From: Paramecium tetraurelia
Lineage: Eukaryota
Assembly: GCA_000165425.1 (NCBI GenBank)
Contig: CT868660.1
Coordinates: 310,001 to 374,000 of the forward strand
DNA length: 64,000 nucleotides
Direction of reading: 5' to 3'
Shown here in pieces: positions 1 through 14,220 of this stretch. The notes below the pieces were generated by a model. The model saw only the letters and a program-made list of their open reading frames with translations. It did not search any database and was not told the DNA's origin. The position numbers and the translations under genes were made by a program. How positions within the stretch are numbered: position 1 is the stretch's first letter; every line of letters starts with the position of its first letter.

Positions 1-448
1 TTAACTATGCGGATCTAAAGATATAATTAAAACAATTGAGTAAAAGCTGAACATTAAAAATGGAGAGACAACTGCTGATGGGTTGTATACACTTCAAGAA
101 GTTGAATGTTTAGGAGCATGTGCAAATGCACCAATGATGCAAGTTAATAACGAATGGGTATATGAAGATTTAACACCTGAAAACACTGTATATTATATTA
201 TAAATAATTTATAGTTAAAGCTATTAGAAGACCTCAAAAATGGAACAGATAAAAAGGGACCCTAAAATGGAAGAAAAAATGCTGAAGGCCCTTAGGGAAG
301 AACAACTTTATAAAATATAGCAACTCAATAAGATATCAAATATGATAGAAATTTCGAAGCAGCCAAAAAAGAATGGTTAGATCAAAAAGAGAAGGAGAGA
401 CTTGAGGCTGAAAAGAAGAAGTAAGCAGCTCAATAAGCAAAAAAATGA
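1..448 (+). CDS. NDUFV2: NADH:ubiquinone oxidoreductase 24-kDa subunit (5'-truncated by window edge)
   Basis: Code-6 translation QLCGSKDII...[26 protein letters not shown] carries the 2Fe-2S motif; intron 188-213; TGA at 446-448. Confidence 0.95.
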
Positions 449-826
449 TGTTCAATTATTATAAACATAATAGAAGAAGAAAATTATTATATTTTAGTTT
501 TCTTATTTACTAAGAAGCATTTTTTCAATAACTATTACCCATAAATTAATAAATTAAATCATCCAATTTGAATCACTTAAAAATAGTTTTTTTATATTTT
601 AAGAAAATATGACATTGATTAAAAGTTTAAGTATTAATAAATTATTTAAGCAAAGCCATAATATTTAAATCTGGTTCAATTATTCAATTGTATTGAATTT
701 AATTTTATATCAAGCTTATTTCTAATTGTAAAGACTGGGTTATAATTTAGCATCATCCATCATTTGCATAATTATTTTGGTTGTTATTATATAAACTCAT
801 TTAATATAAAAAAATTAAAAAACGGC

Positions 827-2017
827 ATGAAGAGCCTTTTATTATTGCTATTTGTTGGTGTCTTGTGTCAGAATGAAGTTGATACAGTAGAAAAATTGTT
901 GGCTGACTTAAAGGGAGCATCAGCTGTTGAACTTACAGCACTCAATACAGATTACACTGTTTCCAAAAATGTATTGAATGTAATAGAACTTTTAGCTGAA
1001 AGAGAATATCATTTTTAATTTGGGCAAAGCCATTTAAGAATAAAACTTTTTATGCGCTAGTCGAGATAAATCAGTTTCTGATAGAGAATCTGACATTGAT
1101 AAAACAAATAAATTCATCGCTTATTTACAAAGGAGACTTGTTGATAATGCAAAAAGAGTAGAAACCCTCGACAATAACAGGTAGTTGATACAAATATAAA
1201 TTAGATGCACTCATTCAACCAACTATATTGAGAGAGTTAAAAATGATAATATGACATTGAGACTTATAATATTTTTGAGAAATTCCTTATAAAACTTAGA
1301 CAACAATTAATTAAACAGATATGGAGCATACGTCGAGAAATTCTTAACAATGTATAAATCTGCAAAAATGTCAGAACTTGTAGAATTAGCTCATGAGTTT
1401 GCTGATACAATGTTCATAGATTGGACTTAAGTGACCCCATCCTCCCAAGGAAATATCAACACAGTTAAAGGATAATTGATTGAAATGCTTGATGATATGG
1501 AGAGGTACATTAGAGAATAAATTAAAAATTCTTAAAATTTAGAAATCACAACTGGAGTCACATTGGCTGACTTTAAGGGAGCAATTGATATTGAGAACGA
1601 ATAGATCAATTACGACCTTGCATCTGAAGAGAAAAATATCATTAAACTCTAAGAACAATTAGTCTAGGCTAGATTAGCTGCAGTAAATTGCAGAGAAAGA
1701 GGAGTTGCTATACAACAATAATAATAAAGAGCAATTGAAGTATCTCTAAAATAAAATATGGATAGGACTTAAAAATAGAAGAGACCTAATATAATAAAAA
1801 TAAAGCTAGATTACAAGAAGAACTTAACTTATTCACTGATGTATACAGAATCTATTCTACCTAAGTTGGAACATCTGAAGACAAATTTAAATAAAGAGTT
1901 GATGACTATGTAAATGACAAAGTAATATACTTAGTTTTATTTTAGTAAGTACAATCCTATGAGAGATCAGAATACTCATTAAGCGATGCAGTAAGGAAAT
2001 AAGTCTAACATGAATGA
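827..2017 (+). CDS. Trichocyst matrix protein (TMP)/granule-lattice-like secretory precursor
   Basis: Signal peptide MKSLLLLLFVGVLC, then VDTVEKLLADLK and two acidic coiled-coil units with Cys (NFLCASRD, DNNRC, AVNCRER); four tiny introns (e.g. 971-995); TGA at 2015-2017. Confidence 0.75.
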
Positions 2018-2088
2018 TTTATCAATTCAATTTAATAATATATAGATGAATAACACAGTTCAATAATAATTTTATAATATAAAAAAAA

Positions 2089-3267
2089 ATGAGCCTAATC
2101 CGTTTTAATTTGTTGATTATGACTATAGGAGTATGCTTTTCAGCCATGACACCTTAAGCCTCGTTATTGATGAAGTCATTCCACTAAGTATAAACAAGTA
2201 TTGAGTCTTGTAGTTTGGCTAAAGTCCCTATGGTGATTAATTAAAAGAATTGGTGCAAATCAAATTGGAGACAGGAGCTTAAGTTGATGAAGTTTTGAAA
2301 CTCATACAAGAATTGTTAGATTCATTGAAATCTGATTAAGTTGATGATGATGTTGAACATTCAAGATAAATGACAGTTTTCGATTAAAATATTAGTGAAT
2401 TGGAAGATGATCTCTCCAAATTAAATACAGATTTGGCAAATGCAAATGTTCTCATTTAAACCATGGCTGAATTATTGGTCATTTTAAGAGAAACTATTAT
2501 TACATATGAAAAACAATTGTCTATTCTAAATGAGCAAGAATAATTCATTAGAAATGCCAGGGCTGCTGATGTCAAAGCTTATAACAGAAGAGTTGAATCT
2601 GCAAATAAAGTCATTAATGCATTAAATCTCATTATTCAAAAACTAAGCAAAGCTGTTGATGAATAAACTACTGATGAAAATAGATAAGCCATATTAGCTT
2701 AAATTCACAGTGAATGTCATGAACAATTCGGACCAAATCATCCAATCACAATTTTGGTGAAATTAACAACCAGATTTGATGTTCCAACAGTTAAAAGAAT
2801 CTTAGAGAAATTAGAGTAAATTAGAGATGCAGCTACTAAAAGTTTAAATGAAGATATTGCAGCTGAAGAAGTGGCATCTACTAATTTTGATAATTCCATG
2901 TCTGAAATTGAAACTTTGAGAAAGAGATTATCTACAGATCTTGAAAACTTAAATCAATAATTCAATGACAAATTTAATTAGCAAGTAAGAACCATAAGAA
3001 TTATAAATAGAAAATTGTTTTGGCTTAAAAAGAACAACTTTTAATCGATATTCCCATCACAGAGGAATTACTTCAATTAACAAAGGAATAATAGGAATAA
3101 TATCATTAAGCATATATTAGCAGATAAACTTAAAGGTATTGTTTTTTATTTGATTTAAATTAAGACTTTCTGAAATTGATGTTGTCTAAAAAGCCTACAA
3201 TCTAGTATTCGACCATGTAGATTCAGTAAAAAAATCAGAAGACCTAACAGCTAAACTAAGTAGTTGA
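2089..3267 (+). CDS. Trichocyst matrix protein (TMP)-like precursor, different subfamily from the upstream gene
   Basis: Signal peptide, then FGQSPYGDQLKELVQIKLETGAQVDEVLKLIQELLDSLKSDQVDDDVEH (typical TMP start), spacer HPITILVKLTTRFD, second unit VQRILEKLEQIRD; three introns. Confidence 0.8.
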
Positions 3268-3586
3268 TATATATAATAATCAATAATAAATTAAAGAAGA
3301 TAGTCAATTGTTTATCTTTCAAACTCCTTTCTTTTAATAAATAAAAAAAGTATTAGGAATAACATTCATTTCTGTTAATTTAGAATTTAATACTAAGTTT
3401 TATACTTTAATTAGAATATTTACGTTGATATCAGTAAATAGCTAGGAATAAATGAAATTGAAGACCCAAGATTGAAATATGAAGCAAATGAAGATTAAAT
3501 AATTCAGTTTTGTTATAAATCTAAATTTAATATTTTAACAATTATACTGATTTGCATAAATTCGTTTTATATTAATTTATTAAAAT

Positions 3587-3940
3587 ATGTAATAATAGAA
3601 TGATGACCAGATTCCGTTGAACATACCATAAGAACAATACAAATTGCCAGAATAACTCGATGGTACTGAAATTATGATTATGCAAAGAATTTGGTTAGCC
3701 AGTAATGTTCAAGTGCAGCACTTGTGGAGTTTAAGCTGTTTCTATATTGCAACATAAACCGGGAACTCATACATGGTTATGCTGTTTCACACTTTGCATT
3801 TTTGGAGCATTTTTAGCATTCCTGCCATTTTATGTGAAAGATTGCCAGGATGTTACACATGTATGTCCTGCCTGTAGTCAACCAGTATTATTATTGAGAT
3901 TATTTAATAGAAAGGAGTTAAACAATTTAAAGCGTGTTGA
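3587..3940 (+). CDS. LITAF-like zinc-ribbon membrane protein
   Basis: PVMFKCSTC ... hydrophobic TWLCCFTLCIFGAFLAFLPF ... CQDVTHVCPAC (CxxC / HxCxxC); two introns. Confidence 0.9.
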
Positions 3941-3991
3941 TGAAATAAGACATATTATTATCCAAATCATTTATATTAAATTATAAAACCT

Positions 3992-4934
3992 ATGTCCACA
4001 TATTCATTATATCCTGTAATGCATGAGGCGAATACATTTGAAATATTTTCGATGCTTTTATAGATAGGGCTTGATAGAGCCAACAATACTAAGACAATTT
4101 AGCAGAGACTTAATCAAACTGAGCATATTAAAACTCCAACCGATTTCTTGTCATTTGTCAATGTTAATGAGAAATGTCTATCTCAATCACTTAAATAAGA
4201 GAAGTAAAGAGTTGAATAGGAATTTGCACTGATTGAAATGTTGGTGCCAAATAAATCGAAAACACATTTGATGTATGAGGTTTGTAATGATGAAGGTCTT
4301 TCTATCATTTATCACTAAAACTAATAACTTAGTGGTTACCTCAATTCCAAGTGAAGGTGAACTTATCTGGGGAATTTCTAGATATTGCAGAGCTATATGG
4401 TCAGTTTTTTATTGCATCTGGAATGAATCATAGATTATAATAAATACAGGCGATTAAGAAGAATAATTTATATGATAAAGTAATTAAAGGATGATTAAGT
4501 TTAGATTCCCTTTATGCCTCTCCTGATGAAATGGCTACATGAATATTGCAGATCATAATTTAATAAGTTATTTGCTTCCCTCTACGAAGCAATCTCATAA
4601 ATGAAATCCAACTATGTACTAAATAATATTTTGATGTTTATGTAGAGATAAATTGTGAGTAAACCAAAAGAAGAGATATTTTCTCCTAGAGTAAATAAAA
4701 TGCCAATAAATAGACCTACTTCATGTATTATTAACAAAACAAGGAGCATTAGTAATTACAGTATTCGTAAAACTTCACAAGTTGTCACAAAACGCAACAA
4801 TAATTAAGCAGTCTCTAAATTAATAAATTTAATTTCTGATGTCATTGATATTGATCTTACTCATTATGACTAACAAACTCATAAAAAAAAAGAATAAATC
4901 TTTAATAGTCTTTGGAGCAAAAATTTTCATGTGA
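3992..4934 (+). CDS. Hypothetical protein
   Basis: Code-6 reading frame from ATG 3992 to TGA 4932-4934 with tiny introns; internal exon structure only partly resolved; no motif recognised. Confidence 0.6.
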
Positions 4935-5127
4935 GAAGTACTCATGAGAAATTCTAGTAATAAACATATGGGATTCAAAAACCTTAAATATAATCCCATT
5001 TTTTCAGTGCTCAAAACAAAAGACCAAATAGTTTTTTTAAGCATTCATTTCATATAGATAATAATCTTAGTTTATTTTGATAAATAGTTTTGTTTTATGT
5101 TTTTTTCGTATTTATTTAATATAATAA

Positions 5128-7009
5128 TCATTATTTAAGTTGAGCTCTTAGAATCTGATTTTCCTATAAAACTTAGTCTAATTTATCTTTCCTTTGCTGT
5201 TATTCTTAGAAGTATCTGATCTACTCTTTGAGTGTTCCAATTTAATTAGCTTAGATGCCTGCTTCTACTTATAACTTTATTAATCAATATTATACATTCT
5301 ATCTTTTTTCAATTTCATCTCTACATAGAGCCTAAACATCCTTATATTATTATTGGATATGATGAATTTCTTATTTTAAGTTATCATTGATTTCTAATAA
5401 CTTCTCCAGATCTTCCTTCTATGATTAATATTTGATTTATTGATTTTATAACTATTTTATTTCTTCCTCCAACAGATGAATATTTTACTATGATGATATT
5501 TATTCACTCTTAAACACCTTACTCATTTTATCCTTTTCTTCTAACATTTCATTGATCAGCATTTTCTTATCCTACAATTAACTTTTAAGAACTCTGATTT
5601 CCATGACTTATTAATCTACTAATTTCTTTATCTAAGATTAATCTTCCTATTTTTAATATTGAAGATTATACTTATTTTTATTTAATATCCTAATACTCCA
5701 AATTGATGATTTCTAATTCTTTTTTTTGAATATTAATTTATTCAATCTATGAGGCAATTTATTTTTCTAACTAATTAATTTATTCTTATCTGCTGTCCAA
5801 AGAATTTTAGAATCTGATTTTCATATTCTCAAGAATTTATTCTGATTGCTTTTTTTACAAATCGATTTGTTTCGTCAAGAAATCATCTAATTTAATATAT
5901 TCTAATTATGCTCTTTCTAATTGTTCTCCCAATCTTCTGCATTCCTTTATTAATTATTCCTTAGTCAATTACTCATCAGAAATGTTAGGAGTTTTCTTCA
6001 TTTTCTCCAATTACAATTGATTCTTTATATCCTTCTCTTGATTCAAAAGTTCATTATTCATCAACTAATACATTTTCATTTCTTCACTTATTCTAGTATT
6101 CTCTTTAATTAATTCTTATATTTTAAAGTCATATTAGCTTAATAAATCCTTTATGGAATCATTGTCCTTGATTAAAGTATTAAATTTAACTTATAAACTT
6201 TCAAGTTCGATTTCCTTTTGGTTAACTTAATCGAAAGCATTCTTCTATACAATATTAATTTTATTAGAAATTAACATAATTTAATTTCTAAGCTCATGAT
6301 TGTTATCTTCATAACTACTTAATTAAGAGGATAGCTCAACAATCTTCTCCAAAGCTTCTTTATGTTATGAATTCATTCTAACAAGTTCTCTGCTAATATC
6401 ATATTCTCTTTCTTAACATTATTTGAAATTCTATTGCTATTACTCAAACAAATCTCTAGCATTACTCAATTCAGTTTCTAAATTGTTGATCACTTCGTCA
6501 TTTTGATTTCTTCTCATATCTTCCAAATGTGTAATCAATAGATTATTCTCATCCTACAACGATTATAGTTAAAACTTGAGATCTTAAATTTCATCATTAA
6601 TTTATGTTTTTTAATTCTAAAGAAAGTGCTGCATTTCATTAGTCTTCACATCTAAGTGTTTCTTAATAACTAAATTGTCATCAATTAATCTTTCGACCAT
6701 TGTAGTCAATTCAACAATATCATTAGCTTATTTGAAACATTCATGTTTTAATAGCTTATTTTCATCTGTGAGTGCAGATAACAAAGGTGATATTTTAGCA
6801 GGGTCAATTAATAAATTTACATTCTCGAATTAGTATTATTTCCATTAAGCTAATTTCGTATATGCAGTTATTGGTGCTTTTTGAGAACCCAAATAAGCTA
6901 TGTATTCAGCATATTTTTAATTGGTCTTAAAAACATGTTCAGGAGCTTTGTTTGGATCATCAATTAAGAGTTTCGATAGATATTATGCTGAAGGTCCTTT
7001 AGATTACAT
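5128..7009 (-). CDS. Long coiled-coil protein, possibly CEP89/CCDC123-like basal-body protein
   Basis: Long Q/E/K-rich frame; LIDPAKISPLLSALTDENKLLKHE...VERLIDDN resembles the CEP89 LSPLL...VxEN segment as I recall it. Confidence 0.6.
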
Positions 7010-7043
7010 TATTTTTATTTTAAATTTAACATACAAAACATTT

Positions 7044-8486
7044 TCATTTAACAGATTAATTTTCTCCAAACTTTTCTTCAATCCATCTCATTGTGATAGA
7101 TCCTGGTCTTTCAATTGGTAATCCAAAGGCTCTAGCCCAAACTAAGTTTGCAGTGCATCCAAGTGCTCTTGAAACGGCAAACACAACTGTGTAATATTCA
7201 AATTCTTTCAATCCATAATGATTTAATAGAACTCCTGAATGTGCATCAACATTGGGCCATGGATTTTAAATCTTTCCTATTGTCTTAAGAACAGGTGGAA
7301 TAACATGGTAACATTATTTAACAAGCTCAACAAGTGGATCATCTTTAATCAATCTTTCAGCAAAATTCTTTTAATGAATATATCTTGGATCAGTATATCT
7401 TAAGACAGCATGTCCATATCCTGGTACTACTCTTCCTTCTCTAATGGTATTTAAGACATATTCTTAAATCTTTTCATTTGAAACTTTATCTCCTAATTTT
7501 TCCTATTATTATAATTATATAATTTTACTCTAATTTCAATCAACCATTTAAGAACTTCTTAATTTGCTAAGCCATGAAGAGGTCCAGCCAAACCATTAAT
7601 ACCAGCTGAATATGACAAGTATTGATCAGCCAAAGCAGAACCAACTAAATGAGTAGCATGGGCACTCACATTTCCTCCTTCATGATCTGCATGAATGCTT
7701 AAGTACATTCTAAATAATTCATAAGCATTAAATTGATCGAAACCCATCATATGCGAGTAATTGGCTGCCCAATCTAATGAATTATCACTGCTAATCAAAT
7801 TTCCATTCTTTTTTATATATTATTTTTATTTACTTTATATTTATGTCTATAAATTAAAGCTGCAACTCTTGGGAGTTTGGCAACCAAGTCCATTGCATCT
7901 TCATAATAGTATTCCCAATATTATGGTTTAGTGGCTTTTCCGCTTTCATAAGCCTATTAAAATGTTGAATCCTTTTATAAGTATAAGACACTCTAAGACA
8001 ACATTGTCATTGGATGTAGTTGTTTTGGAAGACTTGTGATGAATTTTACGGTCTCTTAGTCTAATTCTCCTCTTCTCTTCCATTCTTCTTAAACAAATTT
8101 AAATTCTTGATCTGAAGGGAAATCACCTGTCAATAATAACCAAAATAAAGCTTCAGGCAATGGCTCATTACCATTTTTGGCTTTCTAGAGGTATTCCTAA
8201 ATTTCTGGAATATTGTAATCTCTGAATGTGATACCCTATCAGTAACAATAAAAATTACGGTTTTTGAATCCAACAATGAAATATCATAAAACAAACCAAA
8301 CACATTTCTCATTCCTCCTATGGCTTAATCTACAGTCACTTTGCAGATTTCTTTCTATCCATATTACTTTCTAATGTCTCTTAATAAAGCTTATTTGATT
8401 GGTATAATCTCTCTCAACCTTTCTTTCAAGAGGTTGGATGAATGGAAAATGCTTTTGCTATTGAATGATCTATAAATTTGCTACAT
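7044..8486 (-). CDS. CS: Citrate synthase, mitochondrial type
   Basis: [53 protein letters not shown] motifs; tiny introns. Confidence 0.97.
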
Positions 8487-10041
8487 TTAATATCAATATT
8501 TAATTATTTACTAAATCTATTTAAATTATATCTTATGCTAATATTCTTAAAGTGTGCAATTAATCAGCGCATTATTAGTTAACATAAATTAAATAACAGT
8601 TTATTTATAATATGTATTTAATTGTAATTTATTTCTTTTAAAATTGCTTCTATTATTAGCTATAAAAATTTTCAGGATCTTTATAATTTTAATTATCATT
8701 ATTGCTTTTATTAAGAGAAGTAGCCATAAAATCAAAGATTTATACTTGGTATTTAGAATACAATTATTAATTCATTTGCTACATATATTTGATTTGGCAA
8801 GAAATATTAATTAAAGTGGCATAATTTGTTAAAGAGAATTTATATGTCCAAAAATTTAGATGAAGAAGTCAAATTTTTCAACGAACACTTATCAGGTTCT
8901 AATTAGAAATTGAGCTTATTGAATTTAACTTTAACAGTGCATTTTTCATCCCAATTCTAAGGATAGAAATTTATTTTAATATACTTAATCTGTTGTGAGT
9001 AGCAAAATTGAAATTAGAATAAAATTATTAAAAATCAATTCCAATTTATTAAAAATGATAAAATTTAACGTGAGCTTTGATACTTATTTTATGAAAATAT
9101 CTTCTAATTTTTAAAGTATTTGAGTATGAAATGGACCAGTATGTTATTTGAAATACAAAAGATAAGTGATCTGCATTCAAGAAATTGTGTAAGTGAATTC
9201 TATTATTTGTTTGGCTTCACAACGATCTTTCTATTTGTTATCCCTTCTAATAATAATATTTTTGGATCTCTAGGTTTATACACAAATTGATTATCTTTCT
9301 AAACTCAGATTAAAACATTATGTATTTAATATAATTTTTGATTTGAACACTTACACAGAATATTGATTCTGCTTTAATTTCTCATAAAGTTACACTCAAC
9401 TTTCAATCTATAATTTAAGCACCATCATAGTAAAAATTCGATAAGTATTGTATAGGTTTTGATTTAATTTTACAACTATTAACTCTTATCAAAATATTTT
9501 TAGATCACATTTTTATTTGATATCACTTCAATAAATTTTAAGAGGTTCTCCAATGTGTATCATTGTAGCAAAGTCTCTTTTATCATCAAATACAATATAA
9601 AAAAATTATTCATTCCAATGTTTTAGAATGAATTTCTACTTCCAATTGCAATGATATTTTCTACTTCATTTAGAGGTAGTACTTGAGTAGATTAGGAATT
9701 CTGCTGTTTAAGATACGGAATTGCTCACAGTTTCTGTTTCATTTCTACATCTTTTGTTAATATATTTTTTTAAGGCTTTCGATCTAATATATGCTTTGCA
9801 TTTTTCTTGGAAATAAGTAGATTTATATATATATCAATATCCTTTAATTATTTAATCATATATCTGAAGTAATGTTGAAGGGTTTGGCATAATTTGGACT
9901 ATTTAATTATAAAATATATAATTATTTATTAAGATGACGAGATATTAAATTTGTAATATAAATTTTTATAATAATTATTTTAGGATATATATCTTAAAAA
10001 ATATTAAAATCTGCTTTTAATTAATTATAATAAAAAATCAA

Positions 10042-10856
10042 ATGGATACACAAGCCTACTCCAAGATTTCAAATGCTGCTTTAATTTAAGAACTGTATAG
10101 GAGATATAGATGTCAAGAGGAAGCATTGAGAAAAAGAATTGTATTATTAGGAATGCCAGGAGCAGGTACTTAATGCAATTAATTCATCCTAGGTAAGGGA
10201 ACACATTCAGCTAAAATGTTGGCTCGTTTCTGTATGTGCCATTTGTCCACAGGAGATTTATTGAGAGAGGAAGTAAGATCAGGAAGTGAATTCGGAAAGA
10301 AACTAAAAGGAATTATGGAGAGAGGAGAATTGATTGAGGATGAAGTTATGTGCAATCTCATCAAATAACAATTAGCCAAGTATGATAATTTTGTTATGTA
10401 AGACCTGCATGTGCTAATGGTGCCATTTTAGATGGATTTCCTCGTACTATTCCTTAAGCTGAAAAACTTGATTAGATTCTCAAACAAAGTGGATAATCAA
10501 TTGATTAAGCAATATTTATGAATGTGCAAGAACAAATTGTTGTTGATCGTCTTGGAGGCCGATGGACTCATTTGAATTCAGGAAGAACTTATCATTATAA
10601 ATTCAACCCTCCCAAGGTTCATGGAGTTGATGATGTTACTGGTGAACCTTTGGTTTAGAGGGAAGATGATAAAGAAGCCACAATCAGAAATAGATTACAT
10701 GTGTATTAGACTAAGACATCTCCTATTATTGATTATTACAGAAAGTAACTAAAAATAAATATTAATTTTAGAAAAGGAATTCTATTTGAAGTAAATGCAG
10801 AAAGACCTGTAAATGATATTTGGAAGGACATCAAAACCATTGTCAAAACCAATTGA
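10042..10856 (+). CDS. AK2: Adenylate kinase (AK2-like, with LID domain)
   Basis: GMPGAGKGT P-loop (intron 10166-10192), [23 protein letters not shown]...[14 protein letters not shown]; three introns. Confidence 0.95.
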
Positions 10857-10927
10857 TTTCATCTAATTTAACTTATTTTTTTTAGTGCTTTGCAATTTCT
10901 AATTAATAATTAATTATATAATAATAT

Positions 10928-13327
10928 ATGGTTAAAATCGTATAATCAGGCAAATTGCTTAAATCAAGACGTCTAATTAGGTTAAAACTAAGTAAACTAT
11001 CTTTGTAATCAAAATAAATTGGTGTTGATAAAAAAGAATAAGAAACAAAATAGGTTCAAATTATAAATGAGGATTAATTTATTTCGCACATTGAACCAAT
11101 TAAATAGTTATTGCCATTTTATTAAGGTGGTAAGATACAAATAACAAATAATGTGATATATACCTGTTTCAATTTTTGTGTACAATACCTTGATAAAAAA
11201 ATTTAACACAATCAAGAAGAAATAGCAAATTTTTGTGTGAGCAATCTAAATGATTATATTGCAACATTTACGAAGAATTATATGCTTAGATATGTTAGAT
11301 TGAATGATCATATCACCTAATTTACAATAAAAACAGAGCCTCTATTTGCCATTGATATGCAATTCAGTCCAGAAGATGTTTACTTGGCTTTAGGTGGTAC
11401 AAATTGCATGGTCAAAATTATAAATGTTAAAAAGAACTAACAAAGCACTGAATTTAGAGTAAGTGGAAGTGTTCTTAAATTATAATGGATTCCTATTATG
11501 AGGAAATTGTAATTGGCTATTGCTACAGATGACAGACGCATCTCATTATTTGATTTGGTAGCTAACAGAATACTTTGTGGTTTTGTTGACTTTAATAGTA
11601 GGATCACTCATATTTAGTTTAATCAACACATGTTGGTTTCAAGTTGTAATAAATATATTAAATTTTGGGATACTAGTGTATAAAAATTGACTGAAACTGT
11701 AGAATTTGAGATTGAAATTGAAACATTCATTTATTTCAAAAATACCTTAATTATAGGAACTGAGTCTGGAGATTTGCATATTAAATAGTAAAACAAGAAA
11801 ATTGTGGTTGATTAGCAGTTTAATGGGTAATAAATATTGAAGTTTATGAATTGCAATGAAAAATTGTATATTGTTACAAGTGAACTTCATATCTATGTAA
11901 CTGAATTAGTTTCTGGACAAATTTAATAGCAAAAATTATTATTGGGATATAATGATGAAATATTACATGTTAAGTTTATCAAAAATAATCAATTACTCTT
12001 GGCAACAAATTCACCATTTATGAAGTAAAATTAAATAAATAATTTTATAGAATATTAAATTTAGATAACTTAGAAGTCATTGCTTGGAAGGCTCATTACA
12101 GTGTAATCATGTGTTGCGAATTTATTGATGACCTAATAGTAACAGCCTCCAAAGACAATTGTGTCATTATATTCAAATACAAAGGATTCAAACAGCCAAT
12201 AGAATTGCACAAATATAGTGGTCATTCTGATGATGTTATCTCTATCGATGTAAATTCCAAATATATTGCTTCTGTTTCAAAAGATAAATCACTTAAATTG
12301 TGGGATTTAAAGAATTATCAATCTGAATAATCTCTAAAAACTGTTGTAGCTCATGAAAAAGAAATGAATTGTGTTCGATTCTCACCAAATAACAAACTTA
12401 TTGCCACTTCTTCTTAAGATAGACTTATTAAATTATGGGATGAAAATCTAATGAATAAAATGATACTTAAAGGTCACAAGAGAGGAGTTTGGGATATATA
12501 GTTTTCACCAATAGAAAAAATATTGGCTTCTGCAAGTGGAGACAACACTATTAAACTCTGGAATCTTAGTGATGGTTCTATAATTAAATCCTTCTAAGGA
12601 GTTGCTCCTCAACTAAAAGTTTCATGGCTTGCTAGAGGTTCCGAATTAATAAGTACTGATTCCATCGGTAATATTAAACTATGGAATGTTAAAAAATAAA
12701 CATGTATTAATACTTTCTCACAACACACTGGTAAAATTTATGCTTTGGATATCAAGAGGGAAAATTAAGATATTTTCATAGTAACTGGAGCAAATGATTC
12801 TAATCTAATTTTATGGAAAGATAAGACAGAACAAGTAACTTAGCAATAATAACTATAATAACATGAAATTAAAATAAAATTGCAAACATTTCAAGATTTT
12901 ATGAGAGATAAATTATATTTAGATGCAGCTTTTATTGCTTTTCAGAATAATTATATTAAGCATTTCATTTAAGCTGTCACTGAAATATATAAGTAAATAT
13001 TATATTTATTTAAGGCAAGTTGATTATGACAATGTAGTGTCTATGTTATCATAAAAAATGGTCAAAGAGGATTTATTAAAATTTTTATAATTGTTGATAA
13101 CACTTAATTAAAGCAAGAAAACATATTAAGCAGCATAACATTTATTCTATTATTCAATTAAATTAATAAATGTAAATGAATTTAAAGATGAAAAAAGAGA
13201 GTTAGTGAAAAAACTACTTTAATAATTAAAATATTTGACATCCAAATGTTTTGATAGATTGGAAAATAATTATTCTTCTTAGTTTCTAATAAAATTCATG
13301 ATAGATAAGTCCAAAATTGTTGTTTGA
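10928..13327 (+). CDS. UTP13: U3 snoRNP WD40 protein Utp13/TBL3
   Basis: LLGYNDEILHVKF, LATNSP, VVAHEKEMNCVRFSPNNKLIATSSQDR, LKGHKRGVWDIQFSP...ASASGDNTIKLW; helical C-terminus. Confidence 0.88.
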
Positions 13328-13356
13328 TTAATGATGTTTATTATAAAGTATTATTT

Positions 13357-14217
13357 TCAAATTTTCTTTATTTCTTTAATGATTTGCTGTAGACAAAATA
13401 TTGTTTCATTTTAATTAAAAGAAGTTTTAAAGTTATTCTTATCCTCTCCTTTCAAAATCATTTGCAACAATACCTGAAGATAATTCAATAAAGTATCTTT
13501 TAAATTACTCTAATACTTAATTGAACTAACATAAGAATCTAAATCTATTGCAGGATATCTCATTTTGATTTGGTTTATTTATTTTTTCTATAATTTCAAT
13601 AACATTTAAAGCTAATTTATAGATTTCTGTAAGCCATCATTACGTTTGCTATACATTACATATTCATTTTAAACCTCTAAAATTTCTTTTAATAAGCTTT
13701 TATAATAATGAATGGCTTACTTCTCGGATTCCTATTGCAATTCCTCTTTTCTACTATTAAATTATTGAGTCTGTTCTTATAACTATTTTGTCTTTTCTTA
13801 CAAGCATTTCCAACTTTCTTTTGGAGACAAACTTCGATAAGTTACAGTAGATTAGGTCTCCTTCATTAACTTAATAGTTTGATTGAGTCTCTTTTTAATT
13901 TCTTAGGTTTTTCTAACTATTGAATATTGCTTTTGATTCTGAATTTGACTTAAATTCAAATTAGGGATTGGAGTATATATTCTATTTTAAAAGGTTTGCT
14001 TTTCTGTAATTAAAATTCCACCACTTTACCCATACCAATATAATTCTTCAGTATTTCTAATCTCAATTCGTTTATCTTAAGAAATAACATAAAATGTGCC
14101 TATTTGAATATTGAAAACTTGACTAACTTCTTGAATGAATTAATCTAAAGGCATTAGTTACCACTAATATGTTTCATTAGTTTTTTCATAAACAAGTTTA
14201 ATTTCTTTTTATTTCAT
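13357..14217 (-). CDS. Hypothetical protein with possible PB1/ubiquitin-like N-terminus and coiled coil
   Basis: MKQKEIKLVYEKTNETYQW...; frame ends IKEIKKI-TGA. Confidence 0.6.
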
Positions 14218-14220
14218 AAT

